Positions 1-10,821 are shown, numbered from the whole stretch's first letter. The stretch is 63,962 bases of DNA, filler included, from Sanchytrium tribonematis (GCA_018985235.1; 6 parts of 6 records of this genome joined end to end with filler, not necessarily neighbours in it); one strand, 5' to 3'. The notes: a model not told the origin generated them from the sequence alone. Translations and numbers: made by a program.

Positions 1-54
1 GTTTAATTGCTTTACGATCCTGCGCGATCTTTCGTAAAGACTGTCCAATTTCAT
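1..54 (-). CDS. 5' end of a protein-coding gene running off the window (MKLDSLYERSRRIVKQLN...), product unknown
   Basis: ATG at 54 opens a frame to the window edge; preceded by the TTGAAAC motif (71-77, minus) seen before other starts; divergent from the 216 gene. Confidence 0.45.
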   Translation of the reverse strand, partial: MKLDSLYERSRRIVKQLN

Positions 55-215
55 TAATTGATGGAGTGGTGTTTCAAAATAGAATTTTACAGCCGAATCA
101 ATATTAATGCGCACATTTTATAAACAGTAAATCACGGCATACTTTTTGTGGCCGTTGTTGTTAATTAAGAATGGCGTTTCTAATAATTTGAAACAAAAAT
201 CACTTGCAGAAGATT

Positions 216-680
216 ATGCGAGAAGCCATTCAAATTGATGAAATTTATAAATATAAATCGCAAAATTTATTAAAGAACACTACAGATATAGCGTTTCAAA
301 CTCTTATCTCCATGAATCCGCCAAAAAATTTGTTTGATGACATGCAAGATTTTATTTCAGGTGCCAGTTATAGAGCTAGAACAACAGTGTACAATTCATA
401 CTATAATGTGACTAAGGATTGGAAAAATCCGCTAATATCTGCAGAGACTGTCGTCGCTAACAATTACACCAAAGGATTGCAACATATCAACCCAGAGGAG
501 AAAGACAACTTGGTACCTGCGTTCTGGTTTTTTACAGCTAGCACTCTTGTTGGTAGCAAATTACTACCACGATTTAAATTTATTGGTTTTTTATCTTTGG
601 TCGGAGTAATTGGAACCGCCTATTTTCCAAAAAGTGTTGAATCTGCTCTCAAGAATTTGCAGCAGCAATTCAAAAAATAA
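216..680 (+). CDS. MICOS subunit Mic26/Mic27 (apolipoprotein O family)-like
   Basis: Two short hydrophobic segments LVPAFWFFTASTLVGSKLLPR / FLSLVGVIGTAYFPKS resembling the ApoO/Mic26 layout; first ATG at 216. Confidence 0.6.
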   Translation: MREAIQIDEIYKYKSQNLLKNTTDIAFQTLISMNPPKNLFDDMQDFISGASYRARTTVYNSYYNVTKDWKNPLISAETVVANNYTKGLQHINPEEKDNLVPAFWFFTASTLVGSKLLPRFKFIGFLSLVGVIGTAYFPKSVESALKNLQQQFKK

Positions 681-685
681 ATTTA

Positions 686-1540
686 CTAAAATTCCATTGA
701 GACTCCAAAGTGGTCAGATATGTGTCTCCATTTAAATGGATACTCTGTTTTGACGACGGCTATAGTTTTAGGAATTACATTCTGATAAAAGATATAATCA
801 AGGGACTCTTTTTCCTCTGTTGCAACATTTCCCTTAAATCTATATTCCCAAGGGTAAAAAGTAACAGGATGATGTTTAAAAAATTGGAGTACGGCATCGG
901 CCATTGGAACTGATTTGTTCAAGGTTTGATATTCAAAATCATGCAGCAGGCTATTAACATTAAAATCTCCACATACCACGACCTTGTCCTTAGCTTGGAT
1001 ATTATTTTTTATAAACAATTTAAATTGTTGTAACTGTATCTTTCTAGTTAAGACTACAGGAGAATCTTCATGCAAATGCAAATTATAAGACGCTTGTAAA
1101 TGAGTGTTGAATACATACAAGGGATTGCCTTGAATCTCTATTTTGATAAATAAGGCTCCCTTTGCACTAAGCTTGTCTGGATTTAATGCAGAACTGTATT
1201 GTATAGATTTGGTCTCTAGAATTGGAAAACGACTTAGTATTACAAGTCCACTATCGATCAACTTGCCGCGAAAAATTCTACGATCGGGTCCAACAGCATG
1301 ATATTTAAATCCTATTGAAAAAGCGTATTCGACAAGATTCTTTCGCCTGCTTGAAAATGAACCAAACATTTCCTGTAAACATACAATATCATAGTCTACT
1401 AAAACTTTTTTAAACTCGTTTAATCTCTGATCCTTAAAATCTCCATTATTTGATGAGATTAGTGGAGGTCTGATGTATATATTTTGAGTCAAAATTTTCA
1501 TTCCAAAAAAACGTGACAGAAGAAAAATCAGATGAAACAT
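686..1540 (-). CDS. Endonuclease/exonuclease/phosphatase (EEP) family protein, neutral sphingomyelinase-like
   Basis: Motifs YDIVCLQEMF, DSGLVILSRFPI, NTHLQA, GDFNVN, LDYIF, ISDHFGV. Confidence 0.85.
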   Translation of the reverse strand: MFHLIFLLSRFFGMKILTQNIYIRPPLISSNNGDFKDQRLNEFKKVLVDYDIVCLQEMFGSFSSRRKNLVEYAFSIGFKYHAVGPDRRIFRGKLIDSGLVILSRFPILETKSIQYSSALNPDKLSAKGALFIKIEIQGNPLYVFNTHLQASYNLHLHEDSPVVLTRKIQLQQFKLFIKNNIQAKDKVVVCGDFNVNSLLHDFEYQTLNKSVPMADAVLQFFKHHPVTFYPWEYRFKGNVATEEKESLDYIFYQNVIPKTIAVVKTEYPFKWRHISDHFGVSMEF

Positions 1541-1667
1541 TTTTCCTCAAAGGGTTTTCGTCCGATTCTAGATGACTACTCCTTAAAAGTATAAACATCA
1601 AGCTTATTAAGTTGTGCTGGAAAAGCCGAAAATAACTGATTTTTACTTGATAAACGTCGCAATTTTT

Positions 1668-3080
1668 TTAAAGTTCAAGAATTTCTGACCTTTTCATAGT
1701 GCAATTTGGTTGCCTTACTGGGATTTTAGTTTCCTTTACATTCAAACAATTGTAATCGAAACCCACTAAATGATTTCGCCATCCTTTATCATTTTCTGGA
1801 ATAATTTGCTGCTTACAGAACGGGCAAACAAATTTAAGGAGTCTCTCATTGGAATGAAACTTCTCGAGGTGTTCGCTATAACAGGAGACTTCTATTATTT
1901 GATCACATCTTGTGCATATTGTCAACATAGGGCATTCATAATAATGTGAGTCCATATTTTTAAAATTAACAAACATTTGTTCACAAAAAACACAAATACG
2001 GGAAACATTATCTGGTTGGCTCTTAGTTTTTCTGATGGGAAAATTACCGATCTTTGCTTGATGTTTATCTGCAGCAGTGTTTGGCCTTGATCTATGCAGA
2101 CTAGCCTTAGACTTTGTAGCTTCTGACTTTACACTTTGACTTGCGTCTATTTCTAAATTTTTCAGAAGAATGGATTGAAGTCTTGCATTTTCAATATTCT
2201 TTTCGACCATCGCTACAACAACTTTGTCATTCATGCTTGGTGCTATTTCGTACCACAATCTTAAAGCTAAATCTCGATTTCCTGTCTTGGTTGCATTCAA
2301 AATATACTCAGCCAAGAATGCAGAGGCTTTATAGTTGCATTTATCAACTACTTTTAAGCATATTGGTATTAGTTTAGGCTTTGATTTGAGTAACATATGA
2401 AGAGGCATTTTAGCGGCTACGAGAGCTTCAATAAGCTCATTTTGTATGTATTCTTGATAGTCATATGCACTTTCCAACAAACGCTCGAGATGTATAAGAT
2501 CTGTGACTGATTTAGCAAATTTAATTCTTAAAAGTACAATTTTAGGCCGATTATCGACTAGTAAAAAATTCAAAAGGCTTGTTATGCACTTTCTGATGTC
2601 CGCTGAATCACTTGCTTCATCCATTATTGATAAAATTTCATTTAGCGCGTCAAATCGTTTGATGAATTCTGAGGAAGCAACATTCTGCAAAATTTCTCTG
2701 GGAAATAATAAGGTGCAACTTTCCAATACAGTTGGTAATAAAGATATGGTGTTTTCTTCTAGCATACTAGGAAGTTCTTTAAAAAATTCTAGTGCAAAAA
2801 CTTGAACCTCGATAAATTCCACAAATTCATGATAAGGCTCGCAATTTAATTCTATAGAATCTGCCTCTACATGTAATTTGATTTTCTTCTTGAAAATCTT
2901 AGTTTGATCAAAAACACAATTAATAAATCCAACTTCTTTTTCGTCGATTAATACGTGTATTGTTTTTGGGGTATTAATTGGATGAATCTTTAGATGCAGT
3001 TGTTCCACCACAAGTTTTGGAAAGTTTATTTTTATCTGAGTACTGCTGATTCTTTCTATTTTAGCATCAACAAGAATCAT
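1668..3080 (-). CDS. CEP104: CEP104-like ciliary/centriolar protein (reduced)
   Basis: N-terminal beta-rich domain, HEAT/TOG-like helical middle, C-terminal array of Cys/His fingers (CVFCEQ..MDSHYYECPML, CTRCDQIIEVSCYSEHL, CPFC..GWRNHL). Confidence 0.7.
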   Translation of the reverse strand: MILVDAKIERISSTQIKINFPKLVVEQLHLKIHPINTPKTIHVLIDEKEVGFINCVFDQTKIFKKKIKLHVEADSIELNCEPYHEFVEFIEVQVFALEFFKELPSMLEENTISLLPTVLESCTLLFPREILQNVASSEFIKRFDALNEILSIMDEASDSADIRKCITSLLNFLLVDNRPKIVLLRIKFAKSVTDLIHLERLLESAYDYQEYIQNELIEALVAAKMPLHMLLKSKPKLIPICLKVVDKCNYKASAFLAEYILNATKTGNRDLALRLWYEIAPSMNDKVVVAMVEKNIENARLQSILLKNLEIDASQSVKSEATKSKASLHRSRPNTAADKHQAKIGNFPIRKTKSQPDNVSRICVFCEQMFVNFKNMDSHYYECPMLTICTRCDQIIEVSCYSEHLEKFHSNERLLKFVCPFCKQQIIPENDKGWRNHLVGFDYNCLNVKETKIPVRQPNCTMKRSEILEL

Positions 3081-3658
3081 TGCAATCTAACTCGGGGAAC
3101 TGGTATTTTAATCAAATATGGGTAATATCATTGAGCCAACAAATCAAGTCAACAAATGCAAATTTCCTTTATTTTTTCTTTATTTTTAACAAACGTCACA
3201 TTGACTAGAGCATTTTTACATCATAATTAAATTTAAAGTGCAAATTAGACTTTCTTGCTAGTGTCATTTTATGCCGTAATTCTATAAGGCCATGTGAAGA
3301 CTTCAAAGGTCTTACTCTCTCACTGATTTGATTAATTGCTTAAATTTCTCCTTGAGTTGTCCAAACAATGGCCAGACATTTTATTGACACATAGATTGTG
3401 AATTGTATTTGACATGCTTTCTATTTTCATTGGCGCGCAACGCTAAAACTTTAGATGATGAAAAACTTCCTCTCATCTGAGACGCTACAAGAGAAACCTA
3501 ATTGGCCTTCAGAATTTCAAAGCAATATAAATATTTTAAAGTTTAATAAATACAAATCGATTAAATATACTGTGCATTTCTAATCACGGATATTTATTGA
3601 ATATATACTGTGCATTGCGAAATAATTGAAGATTATTGCATTAAAATTTTCTCCTTGA

Positions 3659-4486
3659 ATGTCAAAGAATATAAAATTATTTGGAAGCGATCTTTTCTCT
3701 CAACTAATTTACCAAAGGCTGAGTAAACACCATGATATAAAATTTCATTGTAAATACTGCCCAAACCTATGTTCATCTTTTGGTGATATTAATATCGTGG
3801 CCTCTTTTGGCGTCAAAATACCATCAAATATTGTTGAAAACAATGGTTTGTGGCTTAACGTTCATCCCTCCATACTACCTGAGTACAGAGGTCCTACTCC
3901 TTTAGAGCATAATTTACTTTATGGAAATCAAATGGGAGTTACTTTGATAAGATTGGCAGAGAGAATAGATTCGGGAGATATATACGCTCAAAGAAAAATA
4001 CCGTATGTGTTGCAGCCTTATCATCAATCTCTTGTTTACCATGCCGATACTGCAGCAGATTTACTTCTAAAGAATTTACCTTACATTAATGATATACAGA
4101 CGACTCCCCAAATTGGTGTGCCTACTTTTTCGAGAAAACTCAAGCCAGATTTAGCATTTATTGACTTTAATAGCACTACCAATATTGACATACTTAGGAG
4201 ATTTTATGCCATTTCTCATCGATACAGGCTGCGTACAAAATGGCGTTCGCATCAAATGTTCATAAACAGGCTCAATATATCTAATATCAATTTGAAACCT
4301 GGTGTTTTCACAATAAACGAGAATGGAACAATCAATGTTGGCTGCAAATCGGGAAGCCTTTTAATTAGTTGTGTAAGTCGAATTAGTGGAATCAAATGTG
4401 ATCCCGCTAGTTTCTTCCATGGTCTAAGATACAAAGAAAAGTCTGGTCATTTTCCAGAAAGGTTTTCTGAATCTTTTGTCGGCTAA
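3659..4486 (+). CDS. FMT1: Mitochondrial methionyl-tRNA formyltransferase
   Basis: VASFG, LNVHPSILPEYRGPTP, GVTLIRL..IDSGDIYAQ formyltransferase motifs. Confidence 0.85.
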   Translation: MSKNIKLFGSDLFSQLIYQRLSKHHDIKFHCKYCPNLCSSFGDINIVASFGVKIPSNIVENNGLWLNVHPSILPEYRGPTPLEHNLLYGNQMGVTLIRLAERIDSGDIYAQRKIPYVLQPYHQSLVYHADTAADLLLKNLPYINDIQTTPQIGVPTFSRKLKPDLAFIDFNSTTNIDILRRFYAISHRYRLRTKWRSHQMFINRLNISNINLKPGVFTINENGTINVGCKSGSLLISCVSRISGIKCDPASFFHGLRYKEKSGHFPERFSESFVG

Positions 4487-4539
4487 TCAATGTTGCAAAT
4501 AAAAATTTGTGACGTTCAAAATATAAAACCTCCTATTTT

Positions 4540-6312
4540 ATGTTGGCAAATGATGGACTCAAAAATATTCTTGAGAGTAATAAATGGACAGAAATTGGTA
4601 TTTCAGAATTTGAAGAATTTCTGGAGAAAAAAACAGAGGGTTCGCAAGCTATATTAGGTCAATTTTTCGTCAAAGAACCAAAACATTTTAAATTGTTATT
4701 TAATCAAGTGAAATGGTCTTTTGCTACTATTAATTACATATTAGAATGTACAAACATTGATTTTTACAAGTATTTGGTCACTTTGGTTAATTTTAAAAGT
4801 TTTATTCAATCTAATCTAAAAGAAGTGAATAGTATCTTGAAACTAATATCCATTGTTATGATAGACCAAACCATTTTGAATCAGATTATTGAATGGATTG
4901 GAAAGGACAATTTTAAAAATTTGATGAGTTCTGCTCAGACCGACATCAAATTAAAGGATCTGATTACTGCATATTATTTAGCTGAAAATACAGTCGGTGC
5001 AAACAGTTGGACTAATCCTATTGATAAAGCTTCGGATGATGATATAGAGACACTGTATTTACTTGTAGTGGACAGAATATCAACCAACTATTCACTGACT
5101 GATCTTAAGTCATTAATGTTTTTATCCTCAATTGGAATTGTTAAACAGATGATTGCTTCAAATTTTTCTCAATATAACTCACTCTTTCGAAAATTGGTTG
5201 ATTTAAATCAATTTACCGACATTAATGTGCTGTGGCAAATTCTTAAAAATGTGATCAAAATACCAAAAATGAAGACCGAACAAGAAATCAAAATGATTCA
5301 AATGAAACTAGTATCTATGGGAGTGGAACAAACTGTCGCTTTTGATGAAAGTCTTCTTATGAATGATGAGAACGAAGAATGCATTGTCAAAAGGATTGTA
5401 GATTTAATCAAAAATTATGACTTGGTGTTTTTCATTGTTATCGTATACAAACATTTTTATTCCATCAAGCACAATAATTCTTTGGAATCCTTGCTTGACC
5501 CAATTCTGTGCATCACAAAGCCAGTTGAATCTCGGAAAAAGCTAGTAGCTGATGGATTGTTGAAATTTTTATCTAGTCTAAAGACAAGAGAGCTTAGTGA
5601 AGAAGACAGACTGACAATTAATTACAACATATCAAGGCTAATCACAAATGTAAATCCACTTTCTATAGCAAGCTCAACCAATGATTTAATTCAGTATATC
5701 CCGATGCTTTATCAAATGACAAAACCAGCCATTGATTTTGAAATGCAGATGCAAAGTATTATGGCACTGACAAATTTATGCTGTTGTGGATCCAGTGATG
5801 TTTTGGAAGCTATATTTAATAATTGTTATATAAAATTTCCCACATTTCTTAGAACTTTCATGACTCATGAGGTGCCAGAGTTGAGAAGAGTTAGCATGGA
5901 ACTCTTTACGAACATGCTGCAATGCGAATCGTTTCAATTTTTTTATTTTGACTCAAATAATTGTAGATTTGAAGATGTGAAATTAATCTGGTTATTTACG
6001 ACGGAAAGTGACAAATATCTTCAATTTGCGGCTCTTGGAGCGATGGCGTATCTTTCGTATGCCTCTCATGTTCGAAAGTATATAATGGAACGAATTGATT
6101 TTCGATCAGAGATTCTTGAATTATTAGACCTCTCAGCTTATAAAATAGAAAAATCCTGTTCTGCTGTTCAAGCCATAGTTCTGAATTTTGCTAAAGATCT
6201 AGATACCGATTCTAAAACTCAATTTTTGTCATTTATGATTGATAATTTCGAAAAGTTACAAGGCAAAACTCAAATGCTTATTGCCAAGGAAATCGAAGAG
6301 AGTTTGACTTAA
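4540..6312 (+). CDS. UCS-domain myosin chaperone (She4/UNC-45-like)
   Basis: ARM-like helical protein with QSIMALTNL, LRRVSMELFTNM and AALGAMAYL, resembling the UCS C-terminal repeats. Confidence 0.65.
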   Translation: MLANDGLKNILESNKWTEIGISEFEEFLEKKTEGSQAILGQFFVKEPKHFKLLFNQVKWSFATINYILECTNIDFYKYLVTLVNFKSFIQSNLKEVNSILKLISIVMIDQTILNQIIEWIGKDNFKNLMSSAQTDIKLKDLITAYYLAENTVGANSWTNPIDKASDDDIETLYLLVVDRISTNYSLTDLKSLMFLSSIGIVKQMIASNFSQYNSLFRKLVDLNQFTDINVLWQILKNVIKIPKMKTEQEIKMIQMKLVSMGVEQTVAFDESLLMNDENEECIVKRIVDLIKNYDLVFFIVIVYKHFYSIKHNNSLESLLDPILCITKPVESRKKLVADGLLKFLSSLKTRELSEEDRLTINYNISRLITNVNPLSIASSTNDLIQYIPMLYQMTKPAIDFEMQMQSIMALTNLCCCGSSDVLEAIFNNCYIKFPTFLRTFMTHEVPELRRVSMELFTNMLQCESFQFFYFDSNNCRFEDVKLIWLFTTESDKYLQFAALGAMAYLSYASHVRKYIMERIDFRSEILELLDLSAYKIEKSCSAVQAIVLNFAKDLDTDSKTQFLSFMIDNFEKLQGKTQMLIAKEIEESLT

Positions 6313-6329
6313 ATAAAAGGTATATTTAT

Positions 6330-7343
6330 TTAAAGATTTTTTTGAAAAGTTTTTGCATCATTTTTGGATCTGTGAGGAATTTGGACCTTGGATGTCATTG
6401 TTTTATTCATTCTAACTGGGTTAGATTTGATTGTGGCAGATTTTGATTTTGGTTCTTCAATATCAAAATGATGAACAATGTGAGCCTGTTGGCTTTTGCT
6501 TTTCAACAAGGGAGTTGGTGCGGATAAATTTAATCGATTTAATTTCCCATCAAATAGCAACGATATGGATTCCAAAACACCGTCGTCAATATATGATTTT
6601 TCAACAAAGATTTGTTTTAAATCAGTTATAAAGGCGTCTGATTCAATAACAGGTGAGAATAAATATCGAACGAATTCCAAATTTGATTCATTTTCGTCAT
6701 ATACAACATCAAAAACTCCGTGGTGAATGGGAGCCTTATTGGCAAGAATATTTCTACTTTTCTTGTCGGACGCAGAGACTTTTGATCTGGTGTTCCCTAA
6801 ATGCCAATCCTCATTTTTGACGGATTTTTTGTCAAATCTTTCCGTTTGAGCATTCATAAACATGAGTCCAACATCACTAAGAGCTTTCTCATTCATATAT
6901 TTTGGCTTTGAGAATAACAATTTGACGTCGCAAAGTAAATCGTCTTCAACACCACACTTCTTTTCAGCAGCATATAAATGACGGATGCATTGTATTGCAA
7001 GCTCGCCTTGTTTCTTTCTTGAAATTCGTTTTTTTCCTTTCTTGAGATTTTCGGGCTTGTTGAGTGATTGTTGAACCTTGGCGGGGCTAATTTTCTTATT
7101 GTGTTGATCAACTCGATTGATTTTGGCTTGTCTTGGCGAAGTCAAAACTGTTTTTTTCAATGATGAAGTACCACTTACCAATTTAGGGAGTTGTGCTACT
7201 TTAGATTCTGACAATTTGACGTTGACAACAGAGTCTTTTGGTGATTGGACTTTCAATTCTTGACCATTCCAATGTAAATCAAGAGATTCGGAACCGTTGT
7301 TTAAAAGAATTGAAACTTCTAAAACTTGATTATGCCTGCTCAT
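6330..7343 (-). CDS. Hypothetical protein (basic, partly low complexity)
   Basis: 337-aa ORF filling the space between neighbours; no motif recognised. Confidence 0.55.
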   Translation of the reverse strand: MSRHNQVLEVSILLNNGSESLDLHWNGQELKVQSPKDSVVNVKLSESKVAQLPKLVSGTSSLKKTVLTSPRQAKINRVDQHNKKISPAKVQQSLNKPENLKKGKKRISRKKQGELAIQCIRHLYAAEKKCGVEDDLLCDVKLLFSKPKYMNEKALSDVGLMFMNAQTERFDKKSVKNEDWHLGNTRSKVSASDKKSRNILANKAPIHHGVFDVVYDENESNLEFVRYLFSPVIESDAFITDLKQIFVEKSYIDDGVLESISLLFDGKLNRLNLSAPTPLLKSKSQQAHIVHHFDIEEPKSKSATIKSNPVRMNKTMTSKVQIPHRSKNDAKTFQKNL

Positions 7344-7491
7344 AGAATGAGAACTGCTGTTAGAGAGAATCGAGCTTTTTATAGGGGCGTTATCAAATAT
7401 GATTCGTTATGTTGATGAGAGCCACCAAGCCACTTTTGGAAACTTCCTAATTGCAAATAAAAATTAAAATGAAAAAATAAAACAATTGAAT

Positions 7492-8172
7492 TTATGCTCT
7501 TTTGAATGGATACTGAGGCTCTGATCCTTTTTTCAACCAAATGTATTGAATCTTGCCACTGCTGTTTGTAACTTTTGTCAAGGAAGTATTAGCTTTTTTG
7601 TAAGATTGACAGAATGTAGGGTCCCATAATTCTGATGCAATTCCAATGTCTTTGCAGCAACGAGTTAGCGAGTTGGATTTCACACTTTCAACAGATCCAC
7701 CAATATTGCTTAAAGAATAGTACTCTTGCTCGCCTCTTGCTTGACCCACATATGTGGAATCGCAAATTAGAGCATAATCACGCATCAATAAATTTCCTTT
7801 TCCATTTTCCAATTTTACAACAAAATGCTCTGATCTGGGAATTAATTTCCAATTTCCTGGACCGAAAGCTTCATTCAGTCGTCTCCTATATCGTATCTCT
7901 GGTAGAAATAAAAGACCGTCAGGCCTAATTTCAATTTCTTCCAAATTCAGCGGGCGACTTAATATCTCGACAACACTTTTGTCAAATCTCTTTGTTTTAA
8001 ACCCACCAAATAATTCCAAATTATCAATGCTTTCCAAATGAGAGCCGACAGAATCTAATATAAGAGGTGGGCTATCTCCCACAACAGGTCTTATCCTACT
8101 TTCAGTCGTTACAGGTCTAGTAAATGGTTTTATAACTTTGAGTTGAGATTGAAAAAAAATTCGTTGTAACAT
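7492..8172 (-). CDS. MGM101: Mitochondrial genome maintenance protein Mgm101 (Rad52 superfamily)
   Basis: EIRPDGLLFLPEIRYRRRLNEAFGPGNW, GQARGEQEY, ESVKSNSLTRCCKDIGIASELWDP; presequence-like N-terminus. Confidence 0.92.
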   Translation of the reverse strand: MLQRIFFQSQLKVIKPFTRPVTTESRIRPVVGDSPPLILDSVGSHLESIDNLELFGGFKTKRFDKSVVEILSRPLNLEEIEIRPDGLLFLPEIRYRRRLNEAFGPGNWKLIPRSEHFVVKLENGKGNLLMRDYALICDSTYVGQARGEQEYYSLSNIGGSVESVKSNSLTRCCKDIGIASELWDPTFCQSYKKANTSLTKVTNSSGKIQYIWLKKGSEPQYPFKRA

Positions 8173-8297
8173 CCTTAATTGTTTATTTATTTCATTTGTT
8201 CTTTAAATCATTTTTAATTCGACGTCAATTAATTACAAGCACCAGGTTCTGCTCTAATTTGATTATTATACATTTTATTTTTTAAAACATACAATAA

Positions 8298-9878
8298 ATG
8301 GAGATCAAATCAATATTGAGCGGCTCATTCTATTTGATACTGCTGCAATTTGTTTCCAGAATTACCACTTTTGTTTTGAATCAGCTTTTACTTCCCTATA
8401 TTACAGCAGATATAATAGGAATTTCCATGATACAGATGGAATTTTTAGTCAATACCATTTTGTTTTTCTCGAGAGAGGGTATTCGGAATGCTCTATTTCG
8501 GACTAGCTCTGAAAGTCTTAATGAAAAGAGGCGGATTTTGATAAACATGAGTTGGATGGCAAGCTTCATTGGGATACCAATAACTATTGCGGTGTCGCTG
8601 TATTTTTGGATTCTCTCAGCGGATGTTGCTCACTATAATGTGTGCCTTTTTTTGTTTGGAATATCGACTTGGTTGGAATTGCTTGTAGAGCCCTTTTTTG
8701 CAATCACTCAATCTGAACTTAAATTTAGGACTCGGGCTGCTATAGAAGGCTTTGCCGTGTTCAGCAATGTCACTACAAGCTATATTTTAGTACTTAAAGG
8801 AAACACAGGAACTCCTGAAAACAACACTTACGGAGTTTTAGCATTTGCGTTTGCGAGATTGTCGTACTCCTTAGCATTGATATTAGGTTATTACATCTAC
8901 TATATGTTTAAAGGAACTATATTAGAATTCAAATTTAGAAAAGGAAAGGAAACGTATCTTGACGACACGACGACTAATTTGGCAATATCTTTTACAAAGC
9001 AATCGCTAGTAAAACAACTGCTGAATGAAGGAGACAAATTCATAATGTCGTTACTGGCATCCGCAACTACCCAAGGAATCTGGGCTATTGTACTAAATTA
9101 CGGATCTTTGATTGCAAGGATTGTTTTTGCGCCGCTAGAGGAAATTTTTCGAGTATTGTTTTCAAGACTTCTTATAGCTTCAAGATCCAGCAAAAGCTCC
9201 GAGAATACACAAAATATCAACTCTTCGCATAAGTTTTTAATTTTGTCACTGCGGTTTCACTCAATTTTAGGCATTCTTTTTATATGTTTCGGCAGCTATT
9301 TCGCGAAACCAATACTAACTATTTTAATTGGAAAAAAGTGGTCTAATGATGCTGGATCTACGTTGTCGTGGTTTTGCTATCTAATCCCATTGATGGGATA
9401 TAATGGAATTTTAGAGGCATTTGTCAGCTCTGTCGCGAATCAAGAAGAACTTCAAATTCAATCGGGATGGATGATCGTTTTCATGATTTTGTATTGCATC
9501 TCAAGCTATTTTTGTTTAGAGATTTTGAATTTGGGAACAATGGGATTGATTATTTCAAATGCTATTAACTTTACAGCTAGAATTGCTTGGTGCTTAGTCT
9601 ATATCAAAAAGTTTTATCACTCTATAGGGTTGGAAAGGTTGACATTAAATCGATGCTTGCCAAATATATCCTCGTTGCTTCTTGGCATTTCTGTTTCGTC
9701 ATATCTTTTCATCGAAACCAATAATGATCAAATCACATTGGATGTGGAACAAAGCAAAGCATTGTTTTTGAAGCACATTCCATCAGGGATTTTATTTTTG
9801 ACACTTTTGATTATACTAGAGAGAGATACTATATATCAAATGAAAAATCTCATAAGCGATAAGAAAAAAAAGGAATAA
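8298..9878 (+). CDS. RFT1: Oligosaccharide translocation protein Rft1
   Basis: LQFVSRITTFVLNQ, TILFFSREGIR, KQLLNEGDK, NYGSLIARIVFAPLEE, NGILEAF. Confidence 0.93.
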   Translation: MEIKSILSGSFYLILLQFVSRITTFVLNQLLLPYITADIIGISMIQMEFLVNTILFFSREGIRNALFRTSSESLNEKRRILINMSWMASFIGIPITIAVSLYFWILSADVAHYNVCLFLFGISTWLELLVEPFFAITQSELKFRTRAAIEGFAVFSNVTTSYILVLKGNTGTPENNTYGVLAFAFARLSYSLALILGYYIYYMFKGTILEFKFRKGKETYLDDTTTNLAISFTKQSLVKQLLNEGDKFIMSLLASATTQGIWAIVLNYGSLIARIVFAPLEEIFRVLFSRLLIASRSSKSSENTQNINSSHKFLILSLRFHSILGILFICFGSYFAKPILTILIGKKWSNDAGSTLSWFCYLIPLMGYNGILEAFVSSVANQEELQIQSGWMIVFMILYCISSYFCLEILNLGTMGLIISNAINFTARIAWCLVYIKKFYHSIGLERLTLNRCLPNISSLLLGISVSSYLFIETNNDQITLDVEQSKALFLKHIPSGILFLTLLIILERDTIYQMKNLISDKKKKE

Positions 9879-9881
9879 AAC

Positions 9882-10412
9882 TCAATAGGATTTAATTACT
9901 AAGAAATATAAAAAGGCTTCTAAGATTAGAGCTGCTGCTAGTGGTTTTATGTCCAATTGGAAGCTGCTAAATGCACAAAGACTAATGATGCTAGCAAGTC
10001 TATATGTCTCTCCATATGTTGGATGTAGTTTTGAAAATGATCTCATAGAGTAAAATGCTGATATTACGTGTGCAATTGTCAAATAAATATTCGAGTATTT
10101 TCTAGTTGAAAAAAAAACAAAAACGCCCCATAATATCGAAATAATCGGCCAACGTCGAAAGACTTCCTTGATGTCAACATCTTGAACGTACTGTTGATGT
10201 ACAAGCTGTTCTAAAAAGAGCTGCATGCAAGAGATTATAAACCCCGTGACAGCGGCAATTGCAACTAATTTTCCGGTGGGAGTATGTTGAGAAGGGTTGG
10301 CATTCAAGATTCCACTTTCTTGTATTATTCGTTGCTGCTCATATGACGGAATTTGATCAATAAGGGTTTTCCCTGGCCTAGTTGCTTTGATTTCTTCAAT
10401 AGATTTCGGCAT
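9882..10412 (-). CDS. Conserved-looking hypothetical membrane protein
   Basis: 176 aa with several hydrophobic segments; EQQRIIQESGIL and EQLVHQQY segments; TTGAAAC upstream. Confidence 0.6.
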   Translation of the reverse strand: MPKSIEEIKATRPGKTLIDQIPSYEQQRIIQESGILNANPSQHTPTGKLVAIAAVTGFIISCMQLFLEQLVHQQYVQDVDIKEVFRRWPIISILWGVFVFFSTRKYSNIYLTIAHVISAFYSMRSFSKLHPTYGETYRLASIISLCAFSSFQLDIKPLAAALILEAFLYFLVIKSY

Positions 10413-10437
10413 GAGCCCGTTTCAAAAATTGCCTTTC

Positions 10438-10680
10438 TCAAATGAAAATGCAAATTTCTTTTAAATTTTTTAAACGGTGCTTTCCAAGTCTAGCTCCGCA
10501 CTCGCACCTATCTTTGACAAACCAGCAGGACCAACAGCCTACAATTTTGCACCTTATGCAACAATGTGGCTTATCGACCGACTTGGTACAGAACACACAA
10601 CGTGGTAATCTTGGCGTATGTAACCTAAAATTAACAACAATTTACTTTCTTATATGAGAATTGACTATTGACAAATAATG
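10438..10680 (-). CDS. 3' end of a RING-like Cys-rich zinc-finger protein (partial, missed by ORF track; exons 10680-10646 and 10624-10438)
   Basis: Spliced translation HYLSIVNSHIRK|LHTPRLPRCVFCTKSVDKPHCCIRCKIVGCWSCWFVKDRCECGARLGKHRLKNLKEICIFI*. Confidence 0.6.
10625..10645 (-). other. 21-nt spliceosomal intron (contains in-frame TAA)
   Basis: GTAAATTGTTGTTAATTTTAG; removal joins the upstream frame to the Cys-rich domain. Confidence 0.65.
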
Positions 10681-10780
10681 NNNNNNNNNNNNNNNNNNNN
10701 NNNNNNNNNNNNNNNNNNNNNNNNTTAATTAATTAANNNNNNNNNNNNNNNNNNNNNNNNNNNNNNNNNNNNNNNNNNNN
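10681..10780. other. Artificial contig linker N44-TTAATTAATTAA-N44
   Basis: Identical 100-nt spacer occurs five times; the core has stops in all six frames. Confidence 0.97.
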
Positions 10781-10821
10781 CCAGCTGGTTCCAAAAGCGT
10801 CCAGATATTTTTCACTCCCAT
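10781..10821 (-). CDS. 5' end of an XPG/Rad2/GEN1-family structure-specific nuclease (partial)
   Basis: MGVKNIWTLLEPAG matches the family's N-terminal MGVxxLWxxLEP signature; truncated by linker. Confidence 0.7.

Noticed and set aside
3455..3480. ATGATGA...CTGA resembling snoRNA C and D boxes
   Set aside because: Boxes are only about 15 nt apart with no recognisable guide; too short to support.
10725..10736. TTAATTAATTAA palindrome repeating about every 10.7 kb as a biological repeat or insertion site
   Set aside because: Always centred in 44+44 Ns; it is an assembly linker.
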